Part shown: positions 32,102 to 42,293 of the stretch, piece after piece
How positions within the stretch are numbered: position 1 is the first letter of the stretch
How the letters are laid out: every line of letters begins with the position of its first letter
Assembly (NCBI GenBank): GCA_965223295.1
Contig: CBDCWC010000002.1
Location: forward strand, 64,001 to 128,000
DNA: 64,000 nucleotides
Source: Nitrospirales bacterium
Lineage (GTDB): Bacteria > Nitrospirota > Nitrospiria > Nitrospirales > UBA8639
Reading direction: 5' to 3'
Notes under the pieces: model-generated
What the model was told of the DNA's origin: nothing
Seen by the model: the letters and a program-made list of their open reading frames with translations, nothing else
Databases searched by the model: none
Translations under genes and position numbers: made by a program

Positions 32102-32962
32102 TTAGGCGACCCGAACCTGGGCTTCTTCCATGAGATCTAACATAGGAGAAAGCTGCTTGCCCGCTTCCAACAAGCACATTTTGATGGCCTCTTCATCCAA
32201 GCTGGTGAGCGACCATGATTCTGGAGCGACTTGAGCTTCCCAATTTCCCTGACCATTTGGCGTTTGGAACCCTTCAGTCAGTGCACCTGCTATGTTGAGC
32301 AGGGCAGCTTCGAATTGATAGTCAGGAGTCCCGTTGGGATTATGCTGATGCCGAATGGCTTCTCCCAAATTTTTCGGTAATTCCCATAAGTCAACGAGGG
32401 CTTTTCCTACTTCCGTGTAATCAAATCCAATGATGCGTTGCTCTGCAGTATAAATCGGTTCCCCCGTCTCAGCTGATTTTTTCATGGCCTCTTCAGCTTG
32501 CTCCGGAAGGTACTGGTATAATAGAAGGTGTCCAAGGTCTCGAAGGAGACCTTCCACAAACATTCGTTCGCTATCGATCAAGAAGCACTTCCTGGCTAAT
32601 TCTCGGGCCGCTAACCCACTAAAGAAGCTATTGGCCCAAAAAATATTCATATTCATGACCTGTTGAGATAAGCCTCCAAACGTTTTAGTAACTGATACGG
32701 CTAATACCAAATCATGGAGAGGTTGCATCCCTAAAATTCCCACGGCTCGGGAAATGGTTTCCACCTTTCTTGGCATCCCATAAAAGGCACTGTTGACGAG
32801 TTTGAGTACCATGGCGGTCATGCCGGGATCGATGCTGATCGCAGCAGAAAGATCAGCCATTGTGGCATCAGGGTCGTCGATAACTTTTTTCACTTCCAAG
32901 TAGACTCCTGGGAGCGAAACCAGTGAGGAGCATTGCTTGACTAGTTCTTCAGCGGTTTTCAT
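32102..32962 (-). CDS. HDOD-domain protein
   Basis: DPGMTAMVLKLVNSAFYG...AVGILG, GLLRDLG, WELP, HQH; probable start MKTAEELV at 32962. Confidence 0.9.
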   Translation of the reverse strand: MKTAEELVKQCSSLVSLPGVYLEVKKVIDDPDATMADLSAAISIDPGMTAMVLKLVNSAFYGMPRKVETISRAVGILGMQPLHDLVLAVSVTKTFGGLSQQVMNMNIFWANSFFSGLAARELARKCFLIDSERMFVEGLLRDLGHLLLYQYLPEQAEEAMKKSAETGEPIYTAEQRIIGFDYTEVGKALVDLWELPKNLGEAIRHQHNPNGTPDYQFEAALLNIAGALTEGFQTPNGQGNWEAQVAPESWSLTSLDEEAIKMCLLEAGKQLSPMLDLMEEAQVRVA

Positions 32963-33023
32963 AGTTGACCTATTGCGGATAAACAGGGTGTGTGTCTCGT
33001 CCACCTTGGGGATACTTATACCT

Positions 33024-33051
33024 CTTTCGGTCATTCATTGTTAGACCTTGA
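33024..33051 (-). promoter_or_regulatory. Putative sigma28 (FliA)-type promoter of the HDOD gene
   Basis: Minus strand TCAAG-N15-ACCGAAAG, about 60 nt upstream of the ATG at 32962. Confidence 0.45.
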
Positions 33052-33096
33052 CCGTCATGGATGTATGCGACTCAATCTAAGTGAAAATACTTATCT

Positions 33097-33346
33097 GGGC
33101 GTGTTGAATATGACAACCCATCAGAGGCAAATTTGCTCATGATCACATCGGATACCAACAGCTTCGAGGCGGTTCAAAAAAGTCCGCTCGGCTGCGCGCT
33201 TGCGCGGTGAAGCGCTACTGCGCGTAAACGCGAAGCCGCTTTCAGCCTTCGTAACGATTTCGGCGAAGGCAGGAATGTTGCTCCCGGCCTTCGCAGCCTA
33301 TCGAGTTACTTCGGCGGAGTAGACGGCGGCTTTTTTCAACAAACCC
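33097..33346 (+). mobile_element. MITE-like repeat copy 2 (left extension + nested hairpin modules)
   Basis: GGGCGTGTTGAATA left end, internal GGCGGTTCAAAAAAGTCCG, right end CTTTTTTCAACAAACCC; modules shared with copies 5 and 7. Confidence 0.75.
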
Positions 33347-33373
33347 AAAAAGGTGGAGAATTGGGAAGGAAAT

Positions 33374-34771
33374 TTAGTGAGTAGCGGAGGAATGAGATTC
33401 GCTCTGACTTTCGGGGGCTGAATACTGTCGTTGGATCCGATTTTTCCCCCAGGTGATGAGCCCGAAGGAGAGGCCTAACGCGATGGGTACAAAAATACCT
33501 GATGCAAGGACAGCGTTGGGAAGCCATCCTAACTCGTGCAGGGCCTTAAAGAGATAATGAGCTAATCCACTCAGATAATAGGCGATGACGATGACGGATA
33601 ACCCTTCGACCGTATGTTGGAGCATGGCCTGGCTTTTGGTGGTCTGGTCGACGCTCGCAAGCAGTTTTGTATTTTGGTCCTGAAGGAGGAGGTTTTGTTC
33701 TTGTCTTGCTAGTTCCACCTGGGTTCGCAGGACAGCGATGGTGCCCTCAAAGTCTTGTTCCAGGGAATGAATTCTGGTTAAGAGCTGTTGGTACCCGTCA
33801 GCGACACCAGTTGTTTTCCACCGAAAGTAATTGTTCAGGGTTCGGCCAAAAGCAAGAGATTCATCCTGTAACGTTTGGAGGTTACTTTGGATGATTCGGT
33901 CATAGGGAACTGATGCCGACAGCCGAACGCGCATAGAATCGGCAAGCCGACCGACCTCCAAAAAATCCTGCGTGAGCCCTTCCAGCCATTGTTGAAGCGT
34001 GGTATGGGTCGCGCCTTTGAGTTGTTTCGTAATCAGGCTGCGCTGATACAGGTGGCGTTGCTCATAAATCTGTACCTGATCCACGGTGCGTGAAAACGCT
34101 TGATAGGGTAAAAGAATTAAATGCGTATAATTTTCAAGTGTAATCAGAATATCAATGAGTTGGGGAAGTTTTGGCAGGAGCCGTTGGGAATTTGGCGACC
34201 ATATTAAGTAGCGTTCACGGCCATGTTCATCTGGGGTGAAACTGGTAGCGACAGAAATATCTTCCCCCAAGACTTTACTTGCATACATTTGAGGTCCTGG
34301 TAAACGGGTGGCTAAATCTTCTTGGTCATATGTTTGCGAGGGCGTGACAAGTAAGTCCAAGGCATTCACGGCTAATCCCAAAGGTGAAATCGGAAACGCA
34401 TACCCTGGAAAGGTTAAAGGGCCAAAGCCCAGTGGCTGAGTTTGATCTTGGGGAATATGCCAAATTTGATAACTGTAATATTCGGTGTGTGCTTCCCAAC
34501 GGGCAAGTAAACGATCTCCATTGGGCGCCGTCGTGACGCCAAACCCAGATTTTTCTTCGATGACTTGATTCGATGGTTCAATGTCTAAACAGGTGAGGAG
34601 TTGTTCAAATTCTTTCCGGCTTTGAGGCCGTTCAATGCTTGGATTGGCCATCCGATGAGCCATGTGGTGGATATGCGCAGGCGCATCCAGCCATCCTTCT
34701 AGATACTTTTCATGCGCCTGATGAATGTGGCGAAGCAGGCCTTTTCCTGGCAATGTTGGTTTAAGACTCAT
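33374..34771 (-). CDS. DUF3422-family membrane-anchored protein
   Basis: 465 aa; RWEAHTEYYSY, LENY, LRTQVEL and QHTVEGLSVIVIAYY followed by two C-terminal TM helices. Confidence 0.85.
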   Translation of the reverse strand: MSLKPTLPGKGLLRHIHQAHEKYLEGWLDAPAHIHHMAHRMANPSIERPQSRKEFEQLLTCLDIEPSNQVIEEKSGFGVTTAPNGDRLLARWEAHTEYYSYQIWHIPQDQTQPLGFGPLTFPGYAFPISPLGLAVNALDLLVTPSQTYDQEDLATRLPGPQMYASKVLGEDISVATSFTPDEHGRERYLIWSPNSQRLLPKLPQLIDILITLENYTHLILLPYQAFSRTVDQVQIYEQRHLYQRSLITKQLKGATHTTLQQWLEGLTQDFLEVGRLADSMRVRLSASVPYDRIIQSNLQTLQDESLAFGRTLNNYFRWKTTGVADGYQQLLTRIHSLEQDFEGTIAVLRTQVELARQEQNLLLQDQNTKLLASVDQTTKSQAMLQHTVEGLSVIVIAYYLSGLAHYLFKALHELGWLPNAVLASGIFVPIALGLSFGLITWGKNRIQRQYSAPESQSESHSSATH

Positions 34772-34926
34772 CAGAATAACCGGATGGCGATATGGAAGGT
34801 TTGAACATCTCTTTTTCAGGTTCTACCTCAGTTGGTTGAAAAGCCGCAAGGGGGGACATCATCTTGTTAGGCGGGAACGTAGCTAGTCTGTAGACTTTTA
34901 TTGGCGAGTTTCTCGGTTAAGTCTAT

Positions 34927-35140
34927 GGGGCTGTTGAAAAAAGCCGCCAGCGGCGTTCTGGCCCTTGTTCCGTGCTCACGTCATACCAGTACGCTCCGCG
35001 CGCAAACATGGCTGCGGCCTTCCCTTCGAGAAGCCTCAGGACAGGACTGGACGGACTTTTTTGAACAGACCCGAGGCCTCTGACATGTGACGTCGCAGAG
35101 ACGAAATTTGGCCGTAGATATCATCATTATTCAACGGCCC
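34927..35140 (-). mobile_element. MITE-like repeat copy 3 (reverse orientation, close match to copy 4 plus an insertion of about 24 nt)
   Basis: GGGGCTGTTGAAAAAAGCCGCCAGCGGCGTTCT...GGACTTTTTGAACAGACCCGAGGCCTCTGACATGTGACGTC...GATATCATCATTATTCAACGGCCC. Confidence 0.85.
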
Positions 35141-35142
35141 CT

Positions 35143-36123
35143 CTATGATTGTTGCTGAATCCAGTCCAGGATACGGTTTTCTGCCCAAAAGGGATCTTCA
35201 TTGAGGCCCTGACGTTGGAAAAATCCACAATGTCCTCCGTAGATTGGTGCCTCCATTTGGATGAAAGAGTTCTCCTTAATGGAAGGCCTGTCAAAAATGG
35301 AATAGGGAATAAAAGGGTCGTCCTGTGCAGTGATGATGAGAGTGGGACGCTGAATAGCATGGAGCACATGTTGAGCGGCGCTTTTTTCATAGTAGTCCTC
35401 TGCGTCTTGGTACCCTCCATCAGGTGCCGTATAGATCTCGTCAAATTCCCACATCGTTTGAATGGTTGGCAGGCGGGAGAGATCCCATGTCCCAGGATAG
35501 AGCTGAGCTTTGTGCCGCAATTTTGTTTTTAAACTTCGTAAGAAATATTGATGATAGATCCAATTGGACGGGCGTTGGAGTGCCCGTACACACGTGGCCG
35601 GCTGAATGTTTGGGCAGACCGCTGCGATACCGCGCAAGGACGGGAGTGTCTTGTGTATTTCTCCTGCCAACTTAAGAACCAAATTGCCTCCCATGGAATA
35701 GCCAATCAACCAAACTTGACGGCATTCATCGTGTTCCGCCAACTCTCGAATAATTTGGCCATAATCCTGACTCAATCCATTGTGATAAAGAGTAGGAGTC
35801 AGGTGTTCTGAGCCGCCACAGTTCCGCTGGTTAATACGGATACAACTCCATCCTCTGCGCCAGGCTTTTTGGGCCAGGCCAATCATGTAGTGGGACTCTG
35901 TGCAACCTTCGAGGCCGTGAACGATCAAAAGGGTAGGTTTGTCGGTAGAGCCTGGTTGCCAGTGACATTTGGCGAGGATGGCGGTTTCGGGAGTGATTTG
36001 GAACGTGCGCTGACGAGTTGAGAGTTCTGAAGGCATGTCTCCCCGAGGCCACCATCGGGGGATGAGACTCATCCGGTGCGGACCTTTTAATAAAGGATGG
36101 GGTTGGAATGGGGGAAAATTCAA
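35143..36123 (-). CDS. YheT-family alpha/beta hydrolase
   Basis: 326 aa; HGLEG, GYSMGG nucleophile elbow, DDPFIP, GGHCGF; TTG start. Confidence 0.9.
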   Translation of the reverse strand: MNFPPFQPHPLLKGPHRMSLIPRWWPRGDMPSELSTRQRTFQITPETAILAKCHWQPGSTDKPTLLIVHGLEGCTESHYMIGLAQKAWRRGWSCIRINQRNCGGSEHLTPTLYHNGLSQDYGQIIRELAEHDECRQVWLIGYSMGGNLVLKLAGEIHKTLPSLRGIAAVCPNIQPATCVRALQRPSNWIYHQYFLRSLKTKLRHKAQLYPGTWDLSRLPTIQTMWEFDEIYTAPDGGYQDAEDYYEKSAAQHVLHAIQRPTLIITAQDDPFIPYSIFDRPSIKENSFIQMEAPIYGGHCGFFQRQGLNEDPFWAENRILDWIQQQS

Positions 36124-36407
36124 ACTGGAATAGTCATATGTTGATGGTGAACGATGTGCATGTCTCCAGAAGTAGACCTAAATGCTGAAGAGGATGCCAA
36201 AAGAACATGCCCTGTTTTAACCGGTCAAGCCTTCTTGAGGCTGAAGGGAATGCGAATGTCTTTCGAAAGATTTTCTTGACTTGATCGTAATTGACAGTCT
36301 CTCCTGAATTTAGGTACAGGAGCAATGAGAAAATTAATTCATACGAACCGAGGCGGTTATGACGAGCGAAGATACAAGCGCCCTGAGTATTCAGGATCAG
36401 ATCTTTT

Positions 36408-36950
36408 ATGAAAAAATCTAAGCCATCAAAAAATTCTGGAGGACGAGAAAGTTTTTTAATTTTCATGGTCGTCGGTTGTGGTCTGTTGGCGACTGTGTCG
36501 CTTCATTCAGTAACAAAGCCTGGAACAGGGTTACAGAATGAACGTGGTGAAGAGAAAGCCGAGCAATCCAAACAATCGTTGAAAGAAAAGAAAGAAAAAC
36601 CGTTGGCCCTGATCGATGTCCCTTTGGCGACGGGGAATGAGCCGCTTGATAAATTGTTTGTACAGTCTGGGTGTGCCGTTTGTCATACCATTCCAGGCAT
36701 TGGTCCAGCAAAAGGGCGGCAAGGTCCAAAGTTAGTCTTAGGCACAAATGGTCCGAAACGGATAGCGGACCCGAATTATGAAGGAACGGCGGAAAGTGTT
36801 CGGGAGTACATCCACGAATCCATCTTGAAGCCTGGCGCCTATGTCGTGCCTGGTTATTCTGATCGAGTGATGCCGCGGTGGTATGGGAAACGCCTTAATG
36901 CTCAAGCTTTGGATAGGATTGCCACGTATTTAGAGGAAATCAGAGAATAG
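36408..36950 (+). CDS. Membrane-anchored monoheme cytochrome c
   Basis: CAVCH heme-binding motif, GPKL, YIHESILKPGAYVVPGY...MP; N-terminal hydrophobic anchor. Confidence 0.88.
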   Translation: MKKSKPSKNSGGRESFLIFMVVGCGLLATVSLHSVTKPGTGLQNERGEEKAEQSKQSLKEKKEKPLALIDVPLATGNEPLDKLFVQSGCAVCHTIPGIGPAKGRQGPKLVLGTNGPKRIADPNYEGTAESVREYIHESILKPGAYVVPGYSDRVMPRWYGKRLNAQALDRIATYLEEIRE

Positions 36951-36994
36951 ATCGTACGATGGATTTACGCAAGGAAATAGCGGAATGCCTGATC

Positions 36995-37524
36995 TCAGGG
37001 ATGGAAGCGGAATCCGAACATTAAACCGACATTGAGATTGTCACTGTTTCTGCGATTATCAAAGTCCAGATCTTGAAATGTGAAGATCAACGTGCTGGCT
37101 AAAGAAATCGTTTGGGTCACGTGAAAGGCTGCAGTGGCTCCGAATGGGAAGCTATAGCTTGCCTCCTGATCATCACTCCCTCTACGTTCATAATCTCCGA
37201 AGACAAAGCCTATTCCACCGAACGGGACTAAGGAGAGGGAGCCCATTGGGATGTGATAGCGAGCGATACCAGCAAAAGTGAGCTGGGTTAAATCTCCGCC
37301 AGGGGTAATGAGGACTTGAGGGCCTATTGAAAAATCTGAATCTAAATAGTAGTCGCCCTGAAAACTGAGCGTAAATACGGTGTCATCAGCCGTATCGGCA
37401 AGAAAGCCGATGTCGGAGCCAAATCCCCAAGAGTTTTCTGCCTTTACGCGGAATTATTTCCTACCGTATAAAAAAAGAGGAGAGCCAAAATGGCTAATAT
37501 GGTTTTTATCCATCTGCCTATCAT
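36995..37524 (-). pseudogene. Small outer-membrane beta-barrel protein, frameshifted just after the signal peptide
   Basis: ATG at 37524 gives MIGRWIKTILAILALLFFYTVGNNSA*. A different frame from about 37444 gives KAENSWGFGSDIGFLADTADDTVFTLSFQGDYYLD...LNVGLMFGFRFHP with amphipathic strands. Confidence 0.72.
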
Positions 37525-37760
37525 ATCTGGAACCACTTCTCACTTCGCGATAGCTCCGCCCGACCGGCTGTAGGTTGTCTCCGCTTCATGAATGAACTCA
37601 ATATACCCCAGACAATCCCATAATTTCACCTTTTTGTAGAGCTTTGGGACAAAATACTCCCAACCATTCTAACGATGGCAAGCGGAATGTCTGTTGTCTA
37701 GAAGACAAACCTCTAAGGCCAAATGTTGGAGCTTACATTGCTAAGGAAGTGGATTGTCCG

Positions 37761-38099
37761 TTAATCTTTTAAGCCAACGGCTTCCGTTACTGTCTCACTG
37801 GTTGAATCTGCCGCATCGCTCAGAGCTTCTCCAGCGCTTTCTGTGGCGTCTTGAATCGCTTCTCCTGTATTTTCAAGAGCCTCATTCATTGCGTCGCCGG
37901 CATCTTCAGCGGCGTTGGTGATCGCCTCTCCTGTGCTTTCCATGGCATCACTTACCGTATTCGTTGTACTTTCAATTGCGTCGTCTACCGCCTTTCCAGC
38001 CTGTTGCGCAGGTCCTTCCTGTTCACCGCAGGCGACACAGAACAGGGCAACAGCACAAATGAGGGTGGTAGATAGTTTTCGGGTGTGACTGTGTTTCAT
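37761..38099 (-). CDS. Small acidic lipoprotein with 11-aa helical repeats (YtxH/LEA-like)
   Basis: Lipobox CVAC, GGAGG RBS, repeats of type AMESTGEAITN/ALENTGEAIQD. Confidence 0.8.
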   Translation of the reverse strand: MKHSHTRKLSTTLICAVALFCVACGEQEGPAQQAGKAVDDAIESTTNTVSDAMESTGEAITNAAEDAGDAMNEALENTGEAIQDATESAGEALSDAADSTSETVTEAVGLKD

Positions 38100-38333
38100 G
38101 TGGCGAACCTCCTGTTAGAAAATGGCTGACGTCGTGACATCCTTTCTCGTTTGGATGTCCATTGGGGGAGTGTAAACCGGCAGGATTGATTGGATGGTCT
38201 AATGATCACTCCAGTTAGGAATCAACAGTAACTGTTCTTATTGTATCCTAAAAATACCAAAGTGCAATGGTTAGAGTTGATGTCTTGCAGAATCCTCCCG
38301 GAAAGGGGTGTTGGTGGAAATGGCAGACGGTGT

Positions 38334-38523
38334 GGGCCTGTTGAATAATGATGATATCAACGGCCACATTTCGTCTCTGTGACGTCACATGTCAGAGGCC
38401 TCGGGTCTGTTCAAAAAGTCCGTTCAGCAAGGCCGCAGCCATGTTTGCGCGCGGAGCGTACTGGTATGAGGTGAGCACGGAAAAAAGGCGAGAACGCCGC
38501 TGGCGGCTTTTTTCAACAGACCC
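38334..38523 (+). mobile_element. MITE-like repeat copy 4 (left extension + core)
   Basis: GGGCCTGTTGAATAATGATGATATC...GGGTCTGTTCAAAAAGTCCG...GCCGCTGGCGGCTTTTTTCAACAGACCC. Confidence 0.85.
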
Positions 38524-38605
38524 GGTGTTGTTCCAGAATGGGGTTGAGAACGTAGGAGACGATCACGTCATTGTGGAAGAGGGCTAGAGTTTTTGTCGTT
38601 TTGCC

Positions 38606-38632
38606 TTAACTTTTTTTCAAAGATGTCGATAA
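38606..38632 (+). promoter_or_regulatory. Putative sigma28-type promoter
   Basis: TTAA-N15-GTCGATAA, about 70 nt upstream of the ATG at 38700. Confidence 0.45.
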
Positions 38633-38699
38633 GCATCTGTACGGACTGTCTATTGGAAGCTGTCTAAAGATCCACAATTTCAATAATTTTGAGGATATT

Positions 38700-39377
38700 A
38701 TGGGAAAACCAGTTGGAAAACTCAGAAAAATTAATTTAAGTGAAGTATGGGCAAATGAAGCGGACGGATTTGCCGCATGGCTTCAACAAGAAGAAATATT
38801 GGAAATGTTGGGTGAGTCCTTGGAGCTAACTCTGAAGCCCACCGGGGGAGAGATTCCACTGGATACGCTACCTGGCGGAGTGTTGGCTAAAGATACCAAA
38901 CGGGGTGATTATGTGCTGATCCTTGGACATTTAGACGGTATGAGCCATGAGGCTTTTGGCAAGCTGATCATGTATTCTGCAGGGTTGGAAGCCAAGTGTA
39001 TTGTGTGTGTGGGACAAGAAATCACGGCAGAAATTCGTCAGAGTTTTGATTGGCTGAATATGGTTTCACGGGATGACGTCAATTTTTACGGCCTTGAACT
39101 CGAATTATGGCGGATTGATGATTCGGTGCCTGCCCCTAATTTCAATGTGGTCTGCCAGCCCAACATGTGGGCCAGACAACTGAAGATGGGCCAAGAGGAG
39201 GGAGAACCTAACAGCAGTCCAAAGTCTAAAGAATCTTCTGCCTCAAAAGCCCAGAAAGAAGAGCCTCCTAAAAATTCCAAAGAAAAAGCTTCAGCTCCAC
39301 AAGGAAAGACTGGCGCAGGTTCTAAAGACGGAGTATCTGTTCGGCAAAACTTTGTCTACACGAAAACGTTCTCGTAA
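38700..39377 (+). CDS. Degenerate PD-(D/E)xK nuclease-like protein (resembles the N-terminal domain of DUF4268-containing proteins) with a low-complexity tail
   Basis: LRKINLSEVWANEADGFAAWL, GKLIMYSAGL, DWLN and LELWRIDDSVPAPNFNVVCQPN motifs; GAGG RBS. Confidence 0.7.
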   Translation: MGKPVGKLRKINLSEVWANEADGFAAWLQQEEILEMLGESLELTLKPTGGEIPLDTLPGGVLAKDTKRGDYVLILGHLDGMSHEAFGKLIMYSAGLEAKCIVCVGQEITAEIRQSFDWLNMVSRDDVNFYGLELELWRIDDSVPAPNFNVVCQPNMWARQLKMGQEEGEPNSSPKSKESSASKAQKEEPPKNSKEKASAPQGKTGAGSKDGVSVRQNFVYTKTFS

Positions 39378-39423
39378 GGTTTTTCAGATCTTGTCTCATG
39401 TCTAACGATTGAGAGTGGAGAAC

Positions 39424-39501
39424 ATGAAAATCCTTCTCGCAGTCAATGATTTTTATGAGGAGCCGTTTTCTGCGATTCAACAGTTGCCTTTGGGCTGTTG
39501 A
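39424..39501 (+). pseudogene. Possible remnant of a universal stress protein N-terminus (25 aa)
   Basis: GGAG RBS then MKILLAVNDFYEEPFSAIQQLPLGC*, resembling the MKILxAVD start of Usp proteins. Confidence 0.3.
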
Positions 39502-39658
39502 GTTTTTCCGAAGATTGACTTAAGAGTAGTTTCTCTCTCGCCCACAAAAAGCTTTCCGTTTTCAAAACCTAGGGATCCTACCTAAGCGTCTTGAGGGCTC
39601 GCCTTGAAAATTTCTAGACAGAACCTTTGGCTTGCGCTAATCTACCGCACCCCCACTT

Positions 39659-41341
39659 ATGATATCCTCTCACCACAATTCTCCCACAGATTTTATTCGC
39701 AGCGCGATTCTCTTGGATCAGGAGAGTCGGCGATTTGACCAGCGCGTCCATACCCGATTCCCTCCTGAGCCGAACGGACATTTACACATTGGTCATGCGA
39801 AGTCGATTTGTTTGAATTTTGGCATTGCTCAAGAATTTGGAGGGCTTTGTAATCTGAGATTCGATGATACGAATCCGACAACAGAGCATATGGATTATGT
39901 GCAATCGATTCAAGAAGATGTCAGATGGTTGGGCTTTGAGTGGGACAACCGGTTGTTTTATGCCTCGGACTATTTTCAAACGATATACGAATATGCATTG
40001 AAGCTCGTTCGAAAAGGTCAAGCGTATGTTGATAGTTTATCAGCAGAGGAAATACGAGAGTATCGAGGGACCTTAACGGAGCCCGGCAAAGAAAGTCCCT
40101 ATCGTTATCGAAGTCCTGAAGAAAATTTAGAGTTATTGAACAAGATGCGGGCTGGAGACTTTGAAGATGGGGCTCATGTCCTACGTGCCAAAATTGATAT
40201 GGCTTCTCCCAATATTAATCTGCGTGACCCGGCTTTATATCGTATACGCCATGCGACTCACTATCGGACTGGAGATGACTGGTGTATCTATCCGACGTAC
40301 GATTTTGCTCATCCTTTATCGGACGCTCTTGAAGGCATTACGCATTCCTTGTGTACGCTGGAATTTGAAGATCATCGTCCCTTATATGATTGGGTTTTGC
40401 GTGAATGCGAGGTATCATGCCATTCCCAGCAAATTGAGTTTGCCCGTTTGAACCTTGGTCACACAGTCATGAGCAAGCGAAAACTCTTGCAAATGGTCGA
40501 AGAACGGCAGGTCAACGGATGGGATGATCCCCGTATGCCGACTCTGAAGGGGCTTCGACGGCGTGGCTATACTCCGACCGCCATTAGGAATTTTTGTGAT
40601 CGCGTGGGCGTGGCGAAGCGGGATAGCGTGATTGAAATGGCACAGTTAGAACATGCCATACGGGAAGATTTAAACCAATCAGCCTCTCGGGTGATGGCGG
40701 TGCTGCGTCCACTCAAAGTCATCATTGAAAACTATCCGGATGGGCAAACCGAAGAGGTCGAAGCTGTCAACAACCCTGAAGATGAGAGCCAGGGAACTAG
40801 GCAACTTTCATTTTCTCGGGAAATCTATATTGAAGAAGACGACTTTCGTGAAGAGCCACCTAAAAAATTCTTTCGTCTTTCGCCCGGGCAGGAAGTGCGT
40901 CTCCGCTATGCCTATATCATCCGTTGTGTTGCGGTCGAAAAGGATGAGCAATCAGGGACTATTACCGCGATTCGCTGTACCTATGACCTAGATAGCAAGC
41001 GTGGTGGATCTCAGGCTGGTCGAAAAGTCAAAGGGACGCTTCATTGGGTCTCGGCGGGCCATGCCATTGCCGCAGAGGTTCGGTTGTTTGAACCCTTGCT
41101 CACAGAGGCGTCTTCTGATCCTCAAGCACAGCCTTCTCTTCCGATGCTCAATCCAGATTCTTTGATGGTTCTTTCAACCTGTTGGGTTGAGCCTAGTCTG
41201 AAGCAGGCTGAAATCGGGAGCCGGTTCCAATTTGAACGGCAAGGGTATTTTTGCTTGGACCCTGACTCTTCTGACCAGAAGTTAGTCTTTAACCGAACCG
41301 TCTCTCTTCGTGACTCCTGGGCTAGAATCCAGAAGAAGTGA
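39659..41341 (+). CDS. glnS: Glutamine--tRNA ligase
   Basis: 560 aa; [29 protein letters not shown]. Confidence 0.97.
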   Translation: MISSHHNSPTDFIRSAILLDQESRRFDQRVHTRFPPEPNGHLHIGHAKSICLNFGIAQEFGGLCNLRFDDTNPTTEHMDYVQSIQEDVRWLGFEWDNRLFYASDYFQTIYEYALKLVRKGQAYVDSLSAEEIREYRGTLTEPGKESPYRYRSPEENLELLNKMRAGDFEDGAHVLRAKIDMASPNINLRDPALYRIRHATHYRTGDDWCIYPTYDFAHPLSDALEGITHSLCTLEFEDHRPLYDWVLRECEVSCHSQQIEFARLNLGHTVMSKRKLLQMVEERQVNGWDDPRMPTLKGLRRRGYTPTAIRNFCDRVGVAKRDSVIEMAQLEHAIREDLNQSASRVMAVLRPLKVIIENYPDGQTEEVEAVNNPEDESQGTRQLSFSREIYIEEDDFREEPPKKFFRLSPGQEVRLRYAYIIRCVAVEKDEQSGTITAIRCTYDLDSKRGGSQAGRKVKGTLHWVSAGHAIAAEVRLFEPLLTEASSDPQAQPSLPMLNPDSLMVLSTCWVEPSLKQAEIGSRFQFERQGYFCLDPDSSDQKLVFNRTVSLRDSWARIQKK

Positions 41342-41440
41342 GACATTGCTTGAAAGTGCTCTATCACATTTATGTATCGAATATTTCCTCAAGATTCATA
41401 CCATAAAATATATTCATCATGATCATTTGTAAGGCCTGTC

Positions 41441-41707
41441 ATGTTGTGGCGCAAACGTGAACAGCAGATTGATTCTTATTCAAAAAGAATTCTCTTAGAA
41501 CGAAAAATGTTCTGGGGGCGACCGCATACCCGCAAATATATTGAACGCGATCTTCCTCATGCCAAGGGCCATCCGGTGGGAACGGTCTTTTGTTTAACCC
41601 GGCTTCGCCCCTTTTGGCGATTCAGGCTACGGAGACCCTTGCAGTCGACCTATTTTACGCTGAACGCCAAAAGGCGATGGATTCAAACGTGTCGAACCTT
41701 TCATTAA
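41441..41707 (+). CDS. Hypothetical basic protein
   Basis: 88-aa ATG ORF in otherwise empty space; no recognisable motif. Confidence 0.35.
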   Translation: MLWRKREQQIDSYSKRILLERKMFWGRPHTRKYIERDLPHAKGHPVGTVFCLTRLRPFWRFRLRRPLQSTYFTLNAKRRWIQTCRTFH

Positions 41708-41918
41708 GTTTCATTTTTTCGTTATTCTGTCGCGACTCAAGGTATGGAACGGAGTTAGTGGAACCTTAGATCTTCATAAGAGAGAAATGGGTTAGAGCCT
41801 TGGGTGTCAAATTTTACTTAGGTAGAAAAATTTATAGAAAGAATAGCCTGTTACTCGTTACCATAGAAAAGCAAAAGCCCTCTAGACGAAGAAACGTCAT
41901 TGATTAAGAGATTTTGGG

Positions 41919-41946
41919 TAAAGATTTTTCAGAATCCTGCCGATAG
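41919..41946 (+). promoter_or_regulatory. Putative sigma28-type promoter
   Basis: TAAAGATT-N12-GCCGATAG, about 350 nt upstream of the ATG at 42294. Confidence 0.5.
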
Positions 41947-42293
41947 TTTAGTATAGATGGCAGGAAAGAAGAACCGCTTCATTGAGGGGTCTTCCACATG
42001 TTTGGGAAAGCATGTTTTGTGTTAGCTGTTGTCTGTTTAGCCTGTTGCGTTGCCGTGCTGTCTTGGTTTGGCTGGGTGCATGGTATATCTTGGTCACGTC
42101 GAAGAACGAGTTTTCCCACTCACGTATAAGTCCTTGTTCTGGTTTTTCCCTCCCTGCCTGTTTGACGTAAAAAATCCTTAACGGTTCTGCAAGAAAAAGG
42201 ATTTTCCCCTGACTGTACTCATTCAGTACGGTAGTCAATGTATTCTGCAAGAAACTTCAAACGGATGCATTCCCGAAGAACAATTGGTGTGCG

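Noticed and set aside
41948-42250. 100-aa minus-strand ORF and overlapping 62-aa plus-strand ORF
   Set aside because: TTG starts, no clear RBS and no motifs; coding status unsupported.
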